DNA from: Octopus sinensis
Lineage: Eukaryota
Reading direction: 5' to 3'
NCBI RefSeq assembly: GCF_006345805.1
Contig: NC_043004.1
Span: 11,098,001-11,162,000 of the forward strand
Length of the DNA stretch: 64,000 bases
Below the pieces are notes generated by a model. The model searched no databases. It had not been told where the DNA came from and saw only the letters and a list, made by a program, of their open reading frames with translations. The position numbers and the translations under genes were made by a program. Below, piece after piece: positions 1 to 13,790 of the stretch; the first letter of the stretch is position 1, and each line of letters begins with the position of its first letter.

Positions 1-315
1 AAGAAGAAAATTTGTTATGACGTTTTGTTTTCGTTTATTTATTTTTTTTATACATTTATTGAAGGGCATATGATCGATGGGCTAAAATTTTAGAATTATC
101 CTACACGTCTCCGAATCATCTCCTATCAAAGGTACTGAGCTGTGTCATTATCAAGGTGCTTAATTCTCTGTAGGTCCTTACCGACTGTCAATTAAGAAAC
201 AGTAGTCTAAAATGCTCGCGTCGATTCTCGATTCACTCTGCTTCCTCTGTAAATTTGGTACCTAATCGAAGCTGCTGTTCATTAGCTTCCGTTTAACCAT
301 CCTGCTAGAAAATAC

Positions 316-930
316 GCCCCAATATATTTTCTATGACTGCATATATTTTCCAGATATTGTGATTGCAATGACACAATGAGGTCTCCCACACTTTTGAAAC
401 CCATCACTAAGATCGCTTATTGCTACAACTATAAATATGTCATAAGCTTGTGGTGCTAAGGTTTGCACCTCCGGATAAAACGTGCAAGGTAACGAAGATA
501 ACCAGGCTGGTTTGCCCAATATATTTTACACGAAACATTTCGATGAATTTAAAACGAAGTATTGGTTAAATTAATTCTGTTGAAATTAGGCGTATTAAAA
601 AAATATACATAACGTAAATAACACACCCCAATATATTTTCTGTAACGGCATAACTTTTTCAGATATTGTGTTTGTAATGCTAAATGACCCCATGAGGTCT
701 CCCACACTTTTGAAACCCATCACCGAAGATCTTTTATTGCAATAATCATAAATATGTCATTACCTTGTGTTGCTAGGGTTTGCACCTCCGGATAAAGCTT
801 ACATGGAAACGAAGATAACCAGGTTGATTTGCTCAATATATTTTATACGAAACATTTCGATGAATTTAAAATGAAATAATATTTTAATTCTGTTTAGGTT
901 AGATGTATTAAAAAATATACACAGCTGAAA
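316..930. repeat. Diverged tandem duplication, about 310-bp unit x2
   Basis: ATGAGGTCTCCCACACTTTTGAAACCCATCAC, GGTTTGCACCTCCGGATAAA and CGAAACATTTCGATGAATTTAAAA each occur twice about 315 bp apart. Confidence 0.9.
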
Positions 931-1229
931 TATTCATTACACTCATAATTGCGAAAAGATAGAGAACCTCCTATAGGAATATTTAGTGACACGTAAATCA
1001 GTGAATTGCTAAAATCGTTAGCACGCACGGACAAAGGCTTAGCGGCGTTTCGTCTATCTTTACAGTCCAAGTTTAAACGCCTTCGGGCCCGACTTTGCGT
1101 TTTCTTCATTTCGTAGTCGATCAAATAAGTACCAGTTGAGCACTGGATTCAACGTAATCGACTTAGATAGACCCCTCCTCGAACTTGCGGGCCCTGTCCC
1201 AAAATTTGGGACACTCATATATATATATG

Positions 1230-1313
<84 letters not shown>

Positions 1314-2039
1314 ATATATCACCTTCACCTTGACCGACCAGTCCGTCGGGCGTCCATTTGACACCGCTGGTCACAGCACGCTGTCCACTCCTCTCTGGAT
1401 CGCGCCTTTCTCATCCACTTGATCCCAGTATATATGTATACATACATACATACATACATACATACATACATACATACATACATACATACATACATGCATA
1501 TATACATAAGTGCATATACCGACACATATATTGTGTATGGTGTCATTTGTTCCTTCTCGAGCCAAACCTGGCTCATAAGGGCCGGTTTCAATGGCGTATA
1601 GGTTTCCCACCTGCATAGGACGCCGGTACGTCGTGGCGAAAGAGTCAGCAGAAGTTCACGATTACCTTCTGTCGGAGCCGCGTGGAGCTTAGTTGTTCCG
1701 TTCATAAACACACGGATCGCCCGATCTGAGATTCAAACCCACGAACCCTCGACCGCTTGAAAGCTGCTCTCACCACTTGTTCATGTGCCTCCACTATTTT
1801 GTGTGCGTGCTTTTGCAAAAATTCAACATACATTCATAATATTTGAAGAAAGATTCTCTTAAAAGTTATTAATAATATAAAATTATCTTTAATAAGAAAC
1901 AATGACACAGAGTCTTTTGAAAGGAATATTTCCCAGTTGAGATGAGCCATATATATATCCTTATCAGTTTCAGCTCAAAGTTGTGGCCATGCTGGGGCAC
2001 CGCCATTTTGATACACTGTTATTACTGAGGGCTTTCTCT

Positions 2040-2400
2040 GATATGTGACGTTTAGTGAATAAGGGAGTTTGATGTTGCTCCCCTCATTTGCGGTTCCTGC
2101 CGTGAGGTAGGTTGATCTGGGATTCGCGATAGGAAGCGATCCAGTTTTAATTTGAAAACACCTACATCCACTTTGTGTAGGTACCTCAGGCTCTTTGGGA
2201 GAATATTAAAAAGCTGTAGAACCGTGAAACCCAGGGTGTTGCAGTAACTGGTCCTGAAGCGTGTCGACATCGCTGGGATCTTTGTCACTGTACAGTGGCG
2301 ACCTGTTCTGGCATTTGTATAGCTTTGGCCTCAAGAGTAGCGGGAAGTATACACCCCACTTGGATAATTACCTCTTCCGATGTTCCGCTCGCTATGAAAA
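2040..2400 (-). mobile_element. 3' end of a CR1/L2-group LINE ORF2
   Basis: RTGRHCTVTKIP...QLFNILPKSLR...VFKLKLDRFLSRIPDQP...SNSL resembles the conserved C-terminal tail of CR1/L2-group RTs. Confidence 0.65.
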
Positions 2401-2426
2401 AGAGTAGCCTGCTCTTATAATATATA

Positions 2427-2482
<56 letters not shown>

Positions 2483-3139
2483 TAAAGATATACAAACAGA
2501 TATATAATATTCGTTAGCAAAATTCCAAAATTTTGATTTTGGTTTACATTCTGACACATTTCCGTATTCTGTGAATATTTCTGTTACGTCTTATGATATA
2601 AATATGGCCACCAAATGGATCAATATTGAATTGATATAGTATGGCATCTAAAACAACAGTACAGTAACGGATTGATTTCACTACGAACATAAATTTGTCA
2701 ATCGTTAGAATAGGATTATAGAAGAAAATTTTTTTAATTTTCTAAGGAACGGTTGCTACTCTTTGTTTCCAAATATATTTTTAGTATCATGTTTACTAAC
2801 ATCATATCAAATTTATCAAACAGCATTAGATTTGTTCTAACCAAAATATATTTGATATCATGATTGTGCAGACAAAATTATAGCATAAGAATTTTGACTT
2901 TATTTTTAAAGATAAAGTCTAAGCAATAGGTTTTGTTTTCAAATATTTTTAGTACCAATGTAGGTAACGTCGTATCAAACGTAGCATGAAAAGTATTAGA
3001 TTTAGATTTGTTCTCACCAATATGTATTAAATAAGTATAGTGTGAGAACCAAGTTATATCATGGGAGTTTGACTTTCCTCTGTAAAATTCATAAGAAATG
3101 CTACTAGTGTTGGTTTCTTCATGCTATATACATACATAA

Positions 3140-3177
<38 letters not shown>

Positions 3178-3211
3178 TATATATATTATATATAGATATA
3201 AAGATATATGT

Positions 3212-3251
<40 letters not shown>

Positions 3252-3334
3252 GTATACATATATACATACATACATAATACATATATAATATATACATACT
3301 ATATATATGAATATATATATATATACATATATAC

Positions 3335-3385
<51 letters not shown>

Positions 3386-3462
3386 TATATACACATTCGT
3401 AATATATATATATATATATACGCATAGTATATCTATATATATGTATATATATATATATATGT

Positions 3463-3498
<36 letters not shown>

Positions 3499-4091
3499 AT
3501 ATTATATTATACATGTAGTTATTAGTACCGCTGTAGGAATTATGTGGTTCTCAAATATCTTTAGAGCAAAGTTAAATTTGGTTCTCAAAATATCAGTAAG
3601 AAATAGTATATAACTTTTTTTGTGGGTTATTTAATCTTGTGATAGTTCAAGTGAAATACTAAAACCTATACGTCGGTATAATGCTACAGAAACGAAATTA
3701 TACTTATGATAGGCGAACTTAGATTTGCTACAGTAGTTACTATTACTAATGTTAGTCCTATGCAATGAAAATACACATGTTGCATCTTAACAACCGTAAA
3801 GAATGTTCTGTTTGTTTCTGCTTCTGTGAGCATGAATCTAATCAGTATTTTTGATTTTTATCTTTAACGTAAAGAATTATCGTTGAAAAATTCTGTGTGC
3901 TCGCATGTTTTGGTATAGTACGTATATCAGCGTGGAGTAAATATAAATGTATGTGGTATCAAGTATGTCTGAACATACACACATATGAACATATATATAT
4001 ATATATATATATATACAGAGGAGAGAGAGAGAGATATAGATATAGATATCCAGCATAAGCTTATATATATTATACATAATAATATATATAT

Positions 4092-4144
<53 letters not shown>

Positions 4145-4146
4145 TA

Positions 4147-4190
<44 letters not shown>

Positions 4191-4613
4191 TATACATCTA
4201 TATATACATACACACACCACACACACACATATACATTATATATAAATACATGTATATACATACAGTCGTACAGATATATATATATATATATAATATATTA
4301 TATATATATATATATATTATATATATATATATAGTGTAGGTATGCAACGGTATGAATTGTTTTTATATATTTAAATGTATATATTGACACATATACTTAC
4401 CATTGCACATCTATCTGCCTATATATGTGCAGGGCCTTATGCTACATATATGATATTAAAGATATGGAAATAGGTAAAAATATACATAAACATATACATA
4501 TGACTCTAAGTATATATATATATACGTACATATGCATAATGCATAAGTATGTAAATATATATGTATAAATACATTTCTTCGTATGTGTGCATATAGCTAT
4601 ATATATATACGTA

Positions 4614-4652
<39 letters not shown>

Positions 4653-5889
4653 TATATATGTATGTATGTTATATAGACACACACACACGCACACACACAC
4701 ACACACACACTCACACACACACGCATATATATATATATACCTGTGTGTGTATGTATGCATATAAGCATAACTATGCTTGAATGTTTGTATACATATTTTA
4801 TATCACATATTATTATGTTTATATATATATATATGTATGTATATACATATATACGTACAAATATATGTATGTGTGTGTGCTGCGTTTATAATGTTGATAT
4901 TATCAGATGTGATATCCATGTTCAAAATTTTAACAAAATTATTAATTTGAAACAAAAGTTCAATTTAGGTATTGATTGAATTGTGATACCGATTATATTT
5001 TCTTGAGATGCAGCATCATTGTTATGTTCATGTTGGTTTTAATATCATCCGATTCATGTTGTAGATGTACGCTTTTTGTTTTTAGTAAGCTTACATACTA
5101 CAAGTATCTGAACAGGCTATAGGATGTGTCTACCTATAGTGTTAATAATATGTACACTTAGCCATCACACACACACACATATATATTCATGCGTGCGCCC
5201 ACTCACAATTATATATGCACATACGTGAGCGTGCACACACACACGCACATACACACACACTCATATCTTATTCAGTATATATTAACATATGCATGTACAC
5301 ATACATGCATCTCTCTCTTCCTCTCTCTCTCTCTTCCGGGTCTTTCTGTATACATGCATATATGTGCATAAGTATATAAATATATATGTATAAATGCATT
5401 TTTTCGTATGTGTGCATATATCTATATATATACGTATATATGTATATGTATATATATATATGTATGTATGTATATATAGACACACACACGCTCACAAAAG
5501 CTAAAGGCAAAATTAATAGATGACTGGCACCAGCTATTGCTAGAAACAAGAGTTCAAACAACTCAAAAGCCACAAAGCACTGTATTTAATGGCTGAGAAC
5601 GGGAGGCAAATCTCCAGCATACATAGTCGGATTGAACGATTTCGGATTTTGATGCATAGCACCTTGATCCTCTTCAGCGACTATTAACGCCTCTGCCAAT
5701 TTTGTGACTGCTATTAATTTTGCTTTTAGGTTCAAATTGTTGATAAGCCACCTATTTAATTTGTTATTTATACTTTTGCCACTTTGAACATCAGCACAGG
5801 TTTTCTGCGGTTTTCCTTATAAGACTGACAAAGGTAACTGCGTTTAATCCTAGGCGTTAAAAGCCGCTGACGAGGATTAAGTTGCTATA

Positions 5890-6298
5890 CTCTTTACTCT
5901 TTCACTTGTTTCAGTCATTTGACTGCGGCCATGCTGGAGCACCACCTTTAGTCGAGCAAATCGACCCCGGGACTTATTCTTTGTAAGCCCAGTACTTATT
6001 CTATCGGTCTCTTTTGCCGAACCGCTAAGTGACGGGGACGTAAACACACCAGCATCGGTCGTCAAGCAATGCTAGGGGGACAAACACAGACACACAAACA
6101 CACACACACCACACACACATATATATATACATATACGACAGGCTTCTTTCAGTTCCGTCTACCAAATCCACTCACAAGGCATTGGTCGGCCCGGCGCTAT
6201 AGCAGAAGACACTTGCCCAAGATGCCACGCAGTGGGACTGAACCCGCAACCATGTGGTTGGTTAGCAAGCTACTTACCACACGGCCACTCCTGCGCGT
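5890..6298 (-). mobile_element. tRNA-derived SINE family B with CORE-like domain and internal (CA)n/(TA)n
   Basis: Head GCGCAGGAGTGGCYGTGTGGTAAG...GGTTCAGTCCCACTGCGTGGCA.CTTGGGCAAGTGTC; related copies at about 7855-8305, 17290-17650, 22030-22345, 25640-25960, 37612-37765, 41853-42270, 46135-46460 and 60997-61400. Confidence 0.8.
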
Positions 6299-6511
6299 AT
6301 ATATCAAAATCGGAAATCGTTCGATCCGACTACGTAGGCTGGGGACTTACCTCCCTTTGTCAGTCATGAAGTACAGTGCTTTGTGGCATTTGAGATGGCA
6401 TTGAAATATATTTGTATATATAGGCAAGTTCCTGGAATAAATCCAAGGATATCAACAGGTAACCCAAATTGTGCCGGTGCTTTACTCATCATCTATTTAT
6501 ACATTTCTATC

Positions 6512-6542
<31 letters not shown>

Positions 6543-6735
6543 GTAATATATATAATATATACATATGAATGAATGTGTGTGTGTATATATATATACACAC
6601 ATTCATTCATATATTATATATATATATATATATATACATATGAATGAATGTGTGTGTGTATATATATAGACACATTCATTCATATATATATATATATAAA
6701 TATATATATATGTATATATACACTCATATATCTAT

Positions 6736-7110
6736 GAAGGTGCATGGCTCAATTATTAGAATGTTAGGCTCAAAATCATGAGTTAGTGAGCTCTATTCCC
6801 GAGCCGGTGTCTGTATTGTGTTTTTGAGCTAGATATTTCACTTCAGGTTGCTCCACTTCACTCATCTGTAGAAATTAGTTGCGACGTCACTGGTGCCAGT
6901 CTGTATCAGCCTTTGTCCTTCCCGTGGATATCATCGGTGGCGTGGAGAGAGTAGGCTGTTATTCATGGGAGACTGCTGGCCTTCCATAATACATCTTCGT
7001 CCAGATGTGTGCCTTGAAGGGGAATTATCTAAGTGCATCTATTTTATATACATAGCCACATTATATCATACGTGACCGTATGGGGTCGTTACCTCTTTAT
7101 ATTCATAACC
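6736..7110 (+). mobile_element. SINE family C, diverged copy
   Basis: Collinear with 24341-24680 (CTGTAGAAAT.GTTGCGAC.TCA.TGGTGCC, GTGGAGAG..AGGCTG.TAT.CATGGG.GACTGCTGG). Confidence 0.7.
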
Positions 7111-8155
7111 ACGTACGTACGTGCATAAACACGCACACACATACACACACACACATACACACACACATATATACACATACACGTATTATATCACTTATTC
7201 AAGAGAAATGGCAATGTCTGTGACAGCTGTCATGGATTCACAGTCTTCCACACTTGCAGTATGGATAGAAGATACCATCAAACCGGGGATAATTCCCTAA
7301 TGTTTGCAACAGTGTTGACTCTTCGATGGTTATCGAGGTACCATTTGGTAGTGTTTAAGCTAGTGACGTTAAGTCTACCACCCAAGCAGCTCGTGGTTGT
7401 ATATGAAATTTGAAGGCAAAAAACCGAACTAATCGGTGAATGTAATGGTTCTGCTAGTACTCGAGCCTAGTTTGGAACTTTACTTCATCAGCACCAGAAT
7501 GTTGAACGACAAAAGTGATCTCGGCGTATGTTGACCTCAGAAGACAAGGTGAACTATTTAGTAGAGATAAAAACTCTGTGTCAAATGTTACTCCGTTCTA
7601 ATACACCAAATGTATAATGAAAGAACTTGTAAACAGTTCCTAATCCTGATGAAATTAACTGCGTAATGTCATTCAAATCCTATTCAACGTTTTCAAAAGG
7701 ATGGCTGTTACTCATGCATTTAAACATAATTCTTTTCCGCCAGGTCAATTATTCACAGCACTACCATAACTTATTGATAAGTTATACATTAAAAATATGT
7801 GATACATTATATACAATATATAATATATGATATATTATTCTTCTATTGTTTTATTCCTTTATTTGTTTCAGTCGTTTGCCTACGGCCATACTGTAGTACC
7901 GCCTTGAAAGATTTTAATCGAACAAACCGACTCCTAGACTTATTGACTTATTTTTAAAGCCTAGTACTTCTTCTATCGGTGTTTTAAGCCCGACCAATAT
8001 GTTACGGCAATGTAAATACACTAACACTGGTTGTCAAGTAGTGATGGGAGGGGGGATACACACACATACACACACACAAGCTATATATATATGTGTGTGT
8101 GTAAAGGAATTAAAGAGAATGCTATGCAACTTCATAATATTCAATATTATTATTA

Positions 8156-8186
<31 letters not shown>

Positions 8187-8206
8187 GTTGTTGCTGTTGT
8201 TGTTAT

Positions 8207-8270
8207 TGTCTTTGCACAGCTTCGAGCGATGGAGATGTATTACGGTGCCACCTGTTCATTACCAGTGAAC
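8207..8270 (-). mobile_element. 3'UTR-only copy of the same R4/Dong-like family at a (TAA)n tract
   Basis: CTTTGCACAGC...GAGATGTA.TACGGTG.CA.CTGTTCA.TACCAGTGAAC matches 44165-44226. Confidence 0.7.
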
Positions 8271-9370
8271 CCGTAACCATATGGTTGGGAATCAAGCTAC
8301 TTACCAGGCTGCCATATGTGATATATATTATATATATGATATATTATATATATATCATATTATTACAAGCGAAAGTAATATAGCTGCCCTGTACGGATCT
8401 ATTGTCAAAGAGTGCCTACAATTTTGAATGAATCAGTTTCCCGCGAGGAACCTAATTCATTGAAAATTATTCACGCTCTTTGATAAACCGATAAAAATGC
8501 TTTGACGTTTTAACCACAGGCTGACAGATTCTTAGTTGTTTGTCTGCAAGTTGGCAGTTCGGCAAAAAGGTGAAAATAGCATATATATGAGATTTAAAAT
8601 TAAGTACAGAGGGGAATTTGTACATGGCAATCCCACACTTTGCCCGCAAGCCAATGAGTGAATATGATTGAAGGAATAAAGACACACAAAAATCCACAAT
8701 CCTACAGATCGAACAACGGTTTTTATTCCATTTGCGATTTAAAATATATGAATTGCTCATATATATCCTGGTTTTGCGATAAAATCATATCAATATGGGA
8801 ATGACATTATCAATATGAATGTCAGTGAATTCAGGAATTAACACTTCTCTCTTTCTGTTGTTGACAGGTCTATAATTTTACTATGTAAATAAAGACGAGA
8901 GACGCCAAAACCACCGGTTGATCTTAGCTGGGTTAAATAGAACACATTTTTCTCTAAAGTAGAATGTGAAAATTGCCACTTGCTGCAATAATGGCGTGAA
9001 TAGAAAGTGACTAATATTTTCAGTTACTCATCTTTTTCTCTCCATCTTTAAGTAATTTCCGGTCTTTTATTTTTTTTTCTCTAGCAACCCCACACCCGCG
9101 GCACAATATTCCTTATAGAGTGTCAGCCATATCTATAATCTATCATAATTAGTTTAGCAGTTGGCGGTCAGCAGAACATCCTTATCGATTACGAATTTTT
9201 CAAACGTTCCAGTTTACTGCCTACCGATAACATTCTCCCTCCCTCTTTCTCTATGTGTCTCTCTGTCGCCCCCTCTCTCTCCCGTCTTCTCTTTCTCAAT
9301 CTGTGTATACACACATACACACCTTTTGTACGTATCAAAACATGTGGCATGTATATATCAGTATGTCTGT

Positions 9371-9417
<47 letters not shown>

Positions 9418-9451
9418 CATATATATATATATGTATGTATATATATAATAT

Positions 9452-9521
<70 letters not shown>

Positions 9522-9861
9522 TGTATATATTATTATTTCTCTGTATTTCACCCAATCGTTCTCTTTCATGCTATTTCTATGCGGAATTATTATTATGAAG
9601 CACATCAGATATATGTCTCTCGGTTTCTGGAGAAAACTCTCTCTCCCTCTCACACATACACGCGCGCGCACACACACACGCACACACACGCACACACACG
9701 AAAAATAAAAAATGTATCAGAATGCTAATAAATGGTGGAACAAAACCGAAATTTTTAGTTGAATCGTCGCAGAACCAAATTTTTTGTCTGTGTAATATAA
9801 TATAGTATAATAAACTGTAATAATATAATATAACATAATATAATACATTATATAATATACA

Positions 9862-9919
<58 letters not shown>

Positions 9920-9968
9920 ATATGTATGTATGCATATCTATCTATCTATATGTATGTATGCATGTCTA

Positions 9969-10001
<33 letters not shown>

Positions 10002-10659
10002 TTCTTTTTTAAATTTATGCCAGAGTGAATTGTTGTTTTTCTCACAGAATGTGGCCAACTGACCCTACTATACTATGCAGTCAACAATATGAGAAATCAA
10101 ATGAGAGATGTGGTTCGAAACTTTATATTGATGAAATATATGTGTCACTAAAAGTGCAGAAAAGTGCCATGTGTCAGATGTAGAAATGATCGCAGGACAA
10201 CATGAAATGGTGTGTGTTGCTCATGAACGCAATACTCCACGGGACCGGCAATCGAACCTACGATTGAGCAACTGTGATTGCAACACTCTGACCATTATGC
10301 CACGCACCTTCGCAGCCATCTATAAATACACACACACACATACTTACACAGACCAACAGACACATACGTACCATCCACACACGCGTATATACAAATTATA
10401 TACGTTTTTATTATTATTTTTTTGCAATTTACTTAATCATTGGCGTTTTATTGCTATTTTTATTTTAATATTTCTATTATATGTAATTTACTAGATGGTG
10501 TAATTTAATTGTTCATTTTGAATTGATAAAAGGTGTTTTTTTTCTAATTTTAAAATATATATATTATATTGCGTGAAATTTGATTTAGTATTTCTAATTG
10601 AATTTTTTTCCTTGTAAGTTTGGATTTTAATCCCTCAAATAATAATTATTATATATATA

Positions 10660-11357
10660 TATTTAAACAGTGTGGCTGTACAGTCAAGCACCATCCTGCA
10701 ATGTGGGAAATTGCTAACACTCTCTTTTCATAAATGCTGATATTACTCACAAACCAATCCTCAATGGCTGGACGCAGATAATCAACAAGGCGGTGGGGGG
10801 TGGTAATGGTGTGGTGTGGAATTTGGCACAATCAAGTAATCGAACATTTTATTGTGATGGCTCTGTTACAGGTGATTCGTATCTGGACATGCTGGGCAAC
10901 AAGGTGATGCCTGACGTGCATTCACTTGAAAGGGGAAATGTTGTCTGGTTTCAGCAGGGTTGGGCCCCGCCTCATTATGCATTCCGCTTTCGTGATTTTC
11001 CGAATGAACATTTTCCACGGAGATGGGCTTGGGCGTCGCGGGCCAGTTGAATGGGTACCACGGTCTCCAGTTTTAAAATCCCATGGACTTTTTCTTCTGG
11101 GGCTATATTAAACCCCTTGTTTATTCTGAAAAGATTCGTGACCAAGAACATATTCTTCAGAGAATTGTTCAAGCGTGTGAATAAGTCAACGGGAATGAAG
11201 TGCTAGTTGAGAGTCTGTGGCAATTATAAATTCCGTATGAACACTTGTTTACTGCTAGATGGCCAATGTTTTGAACAGTTGTAATGGCTTACCTACTTCA
11301 TTGCTAATAAAGCATACTTGATAATTCCAGTGGTGCGTGACCTTGTGGGCACTCTGT
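10660..11357 (+). mobile_element. Tc1/mariner-superfamily transposase relic (catalytic domain)
   Basis: VTGDSYLDML...WFQQGWAPPHY...NEHFPRRW / GRRGPVEWVPRSPVL..FFFWG, frameshifted; possible terminus GTGGGCACTCTGT at 11345-11357. Confidence 0.8.
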
Positions 11358-11380
11358 GTGTGTGCATATATATATATATG

Positions 11381-11423
<43 letters not shown>

Positions 11424-11440
11424 GTCTATCTATCTATCTA

Positions 11441-11483
<43 letters not shown>

Positions 11484-11739
11484 TGTTATATTTCGGAATG
11501 GTCATATTGCCAGTTTAGCCAATAAATATTTAAACAACAAATATTTAAACGTATATATATATATATGCGTGTGTGTGTGCGTGTGGGTGTGGGTGTGTTC
11601 GTGCGTGTGTATGTGTATAATTATATGACCATGCTTATGAGTGCAATATTTCAAAAACGAAAAACATTGAACAGTTAAATTTAAAATTTTGAAAAACGAC
11701 GAAGAGAAAGTAAACATTTCTGTCTTGTAGATTTGCTAG

Positions 11740-12448
11740 GCTCTTCTTCCAAAATTCATGTCTGTGACGTAAAATACCCCTCCAGTACTGTTCTGACCGT
11801 CTCTACAGAGTTCATACCGTCCAAATGATTTTGAAGACAGCGAAATAAATGATAATCAGATGGCGCAATGTCCGACGAACATGGTGGGTGGGGCATCGTT
11901 TCCCATTCAAACTGTTCCACCCTTTGGAATGCCATCCTCGCTGTATATGACCGAACATTGTCCTGATAGAAGAACACCATTCGTCTTGAAACCAAAGATG
12001 GTCGTTTTTCTTGTAGCACTAACTTGAATGACTGGTTGAATGACCAAATCCAAGCTGCTCTGCTAGTTCCTCAACAGTTACGATGGGATTTTCCTACCCC
12101 AGAATTCGCAGGACGTCCTCGTCGAGCCCTACAGATCTTTCAGGACGAGGCCAGTCTTCTAGTGTGTAATTTCCTGCTCGGAATATCTGGAACCACTGGC
12201 TTACACTTATTGTCCGATCCCCATATACTGCCTTAATATTCTTCGCGCTTTCCGTTGCGTGGTTTCTTATTTTGAACTCATAAAGCAAAATCGAACTGCG
12301 CTCTTCAATACTTGCACTCAAAATAAGGTAAGGGAAAATTACTAACTGCTTTTATACAAAGTTTATGCAGAAAGTTTAACCCGCCCCGCTCCGAGTTTTA
12401 GTTCATGCAACTGAAAAAAACCCAGCATTATTTATGGGATGACCCAAT
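11740..12448 (-). mobile_element. Mariner (DD34D-type) relic with internal deletion and one TIR
   Basis: N-terminal HTH ILLYEFK...QWFQIFRAGN.TLED.PR (12094-12321) abuts QDNVRSY...HPPCSSDIAPSDYHLF (11756-12019); TIR-like TTGGGTCATCCCATAAATAATG at about 12425-12448. Confidence 0.85.
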
Positions 12449-12544
12449 GTATATGCATATAAATATATATACATATATGTACGTATGTATATGTATGTCT
12501 TCATGTGTGAGCGTATATATATATATATATATATCTGTGCTCGT

Positions 12545-12940
12545 ATGTCCTTTCTACTATAGGCTGAAGCTTAGAATTTGGGGGAGGGAGAGTAATCTAT
12601 TCCATCGACCCCAATACTCGACTGGTACTTAATTTATCGACTCCAAAAGGATAAAAGGCAAAGTCGACTCCGGTAGAATCTGAACTCAGAACGTAGCACC
12701 GGGAGAAATACCTATTTCTTTACTACCCACAATGGGCTAAACACAGAGAGGATAAACAAGGACAGACAAAGGGATTAAGTCGATTATATCGAACCCAGTG
12801 CGTAACTGGTACTTATTTAATTGACCCCGAAAGGATGAAAGGCAAAGTCGACCTCGGCGGAATTTGAACTCGGAACGTAACGGCAGACGAAATACCGCTA
12901 AGCATTTCGCCCGGCGTGCTAACGATTCTGCCAGCTCGCC
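12545..12940 (-). mobile_element. SINE family A (head GGCGAGCTGGCAGAATCGTTAGCACGCC), one full plus one partial copy
   Basis: B-box-like GAGTTCAAATTCC; other copies at about 1008-1212, 31395-31600, 32085-32450, 34965-35655, 58135-58320 and 58442-58625. Confidence 0.8.
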
Positions 12941-13535
12941 AATTTTATCTGCTCTCATATATACGAATATATATGTGTAGTTATCTACTTGTATGGAATT
13001 ATAAATTCGCACACAAACAGATAGATATACAGATGTATCAATATCATTATTTTTTTTTATCAAGATGGATTAAAGGAACGACCAATTAGTATTAGTTTTA
13101 TTGTCACACGACGTCACGCTTATGTGAAACTCGCTACTCTCAACTTTATACTTCATCCTTCCTGGAGCAATATAAGAAGCGCCAGTGCCACTCTTGTTCA
13201 ATATTAAAAACACTACAGTTTTCACCTGTAACTATAGAGAAATATTTCCATGGTGTTAATGAAAATTATCCACGCAGGAAATTCGTTTATCGTATCTTTA
13301 TCCGGAAGTCAGGTGATTGGAATCATCACCGGAGTCTTGATATATCTTCCCGTTTACCACTGATGTATACATACATACATGCATACATACATACATACAT
13401 ACATACATGCATACATACATACATACATACATAAATGCATATATACATACATACATACATTTATATATACATACATGCATGCATATATATATGTTTATAT
13501 ATGCATATGTATATATATATATATCTATATATATA

Positions 13536-13589
<54 letters not shown>

Positions 13590-13599
<10 letters not shown>

Positions 13600-13790
13600 A
13601 AGGGAAGGTTTACGAAAATAAACAAAAGACGAAGACAGGTGGAGTACAAACAAACAAATGCATTAGTATGGCGCTCAGGAATAGAAATAGAACAAGTCTT
13701 TTACGTTTCGAGCCTACGCTCTTCGACAGAAAGATACACAGAAAAAAAATCAAGGAGAGAAACAAGGAGAGAAAAAAATGCGTGTAGGAG
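13590..13790 (-). mobile_element. Short Penelope-derived repeat with an HHR-like motif (13698-13733), inserted at (TA)n
   Basis: Minus strand CUUU-CUGUCGA-A-GAGC-GUAG-GCUC-GAAAC-GUA-AAAG. Related sequence at 22600-22850 and 25990-26090. Confidence 0.55.
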
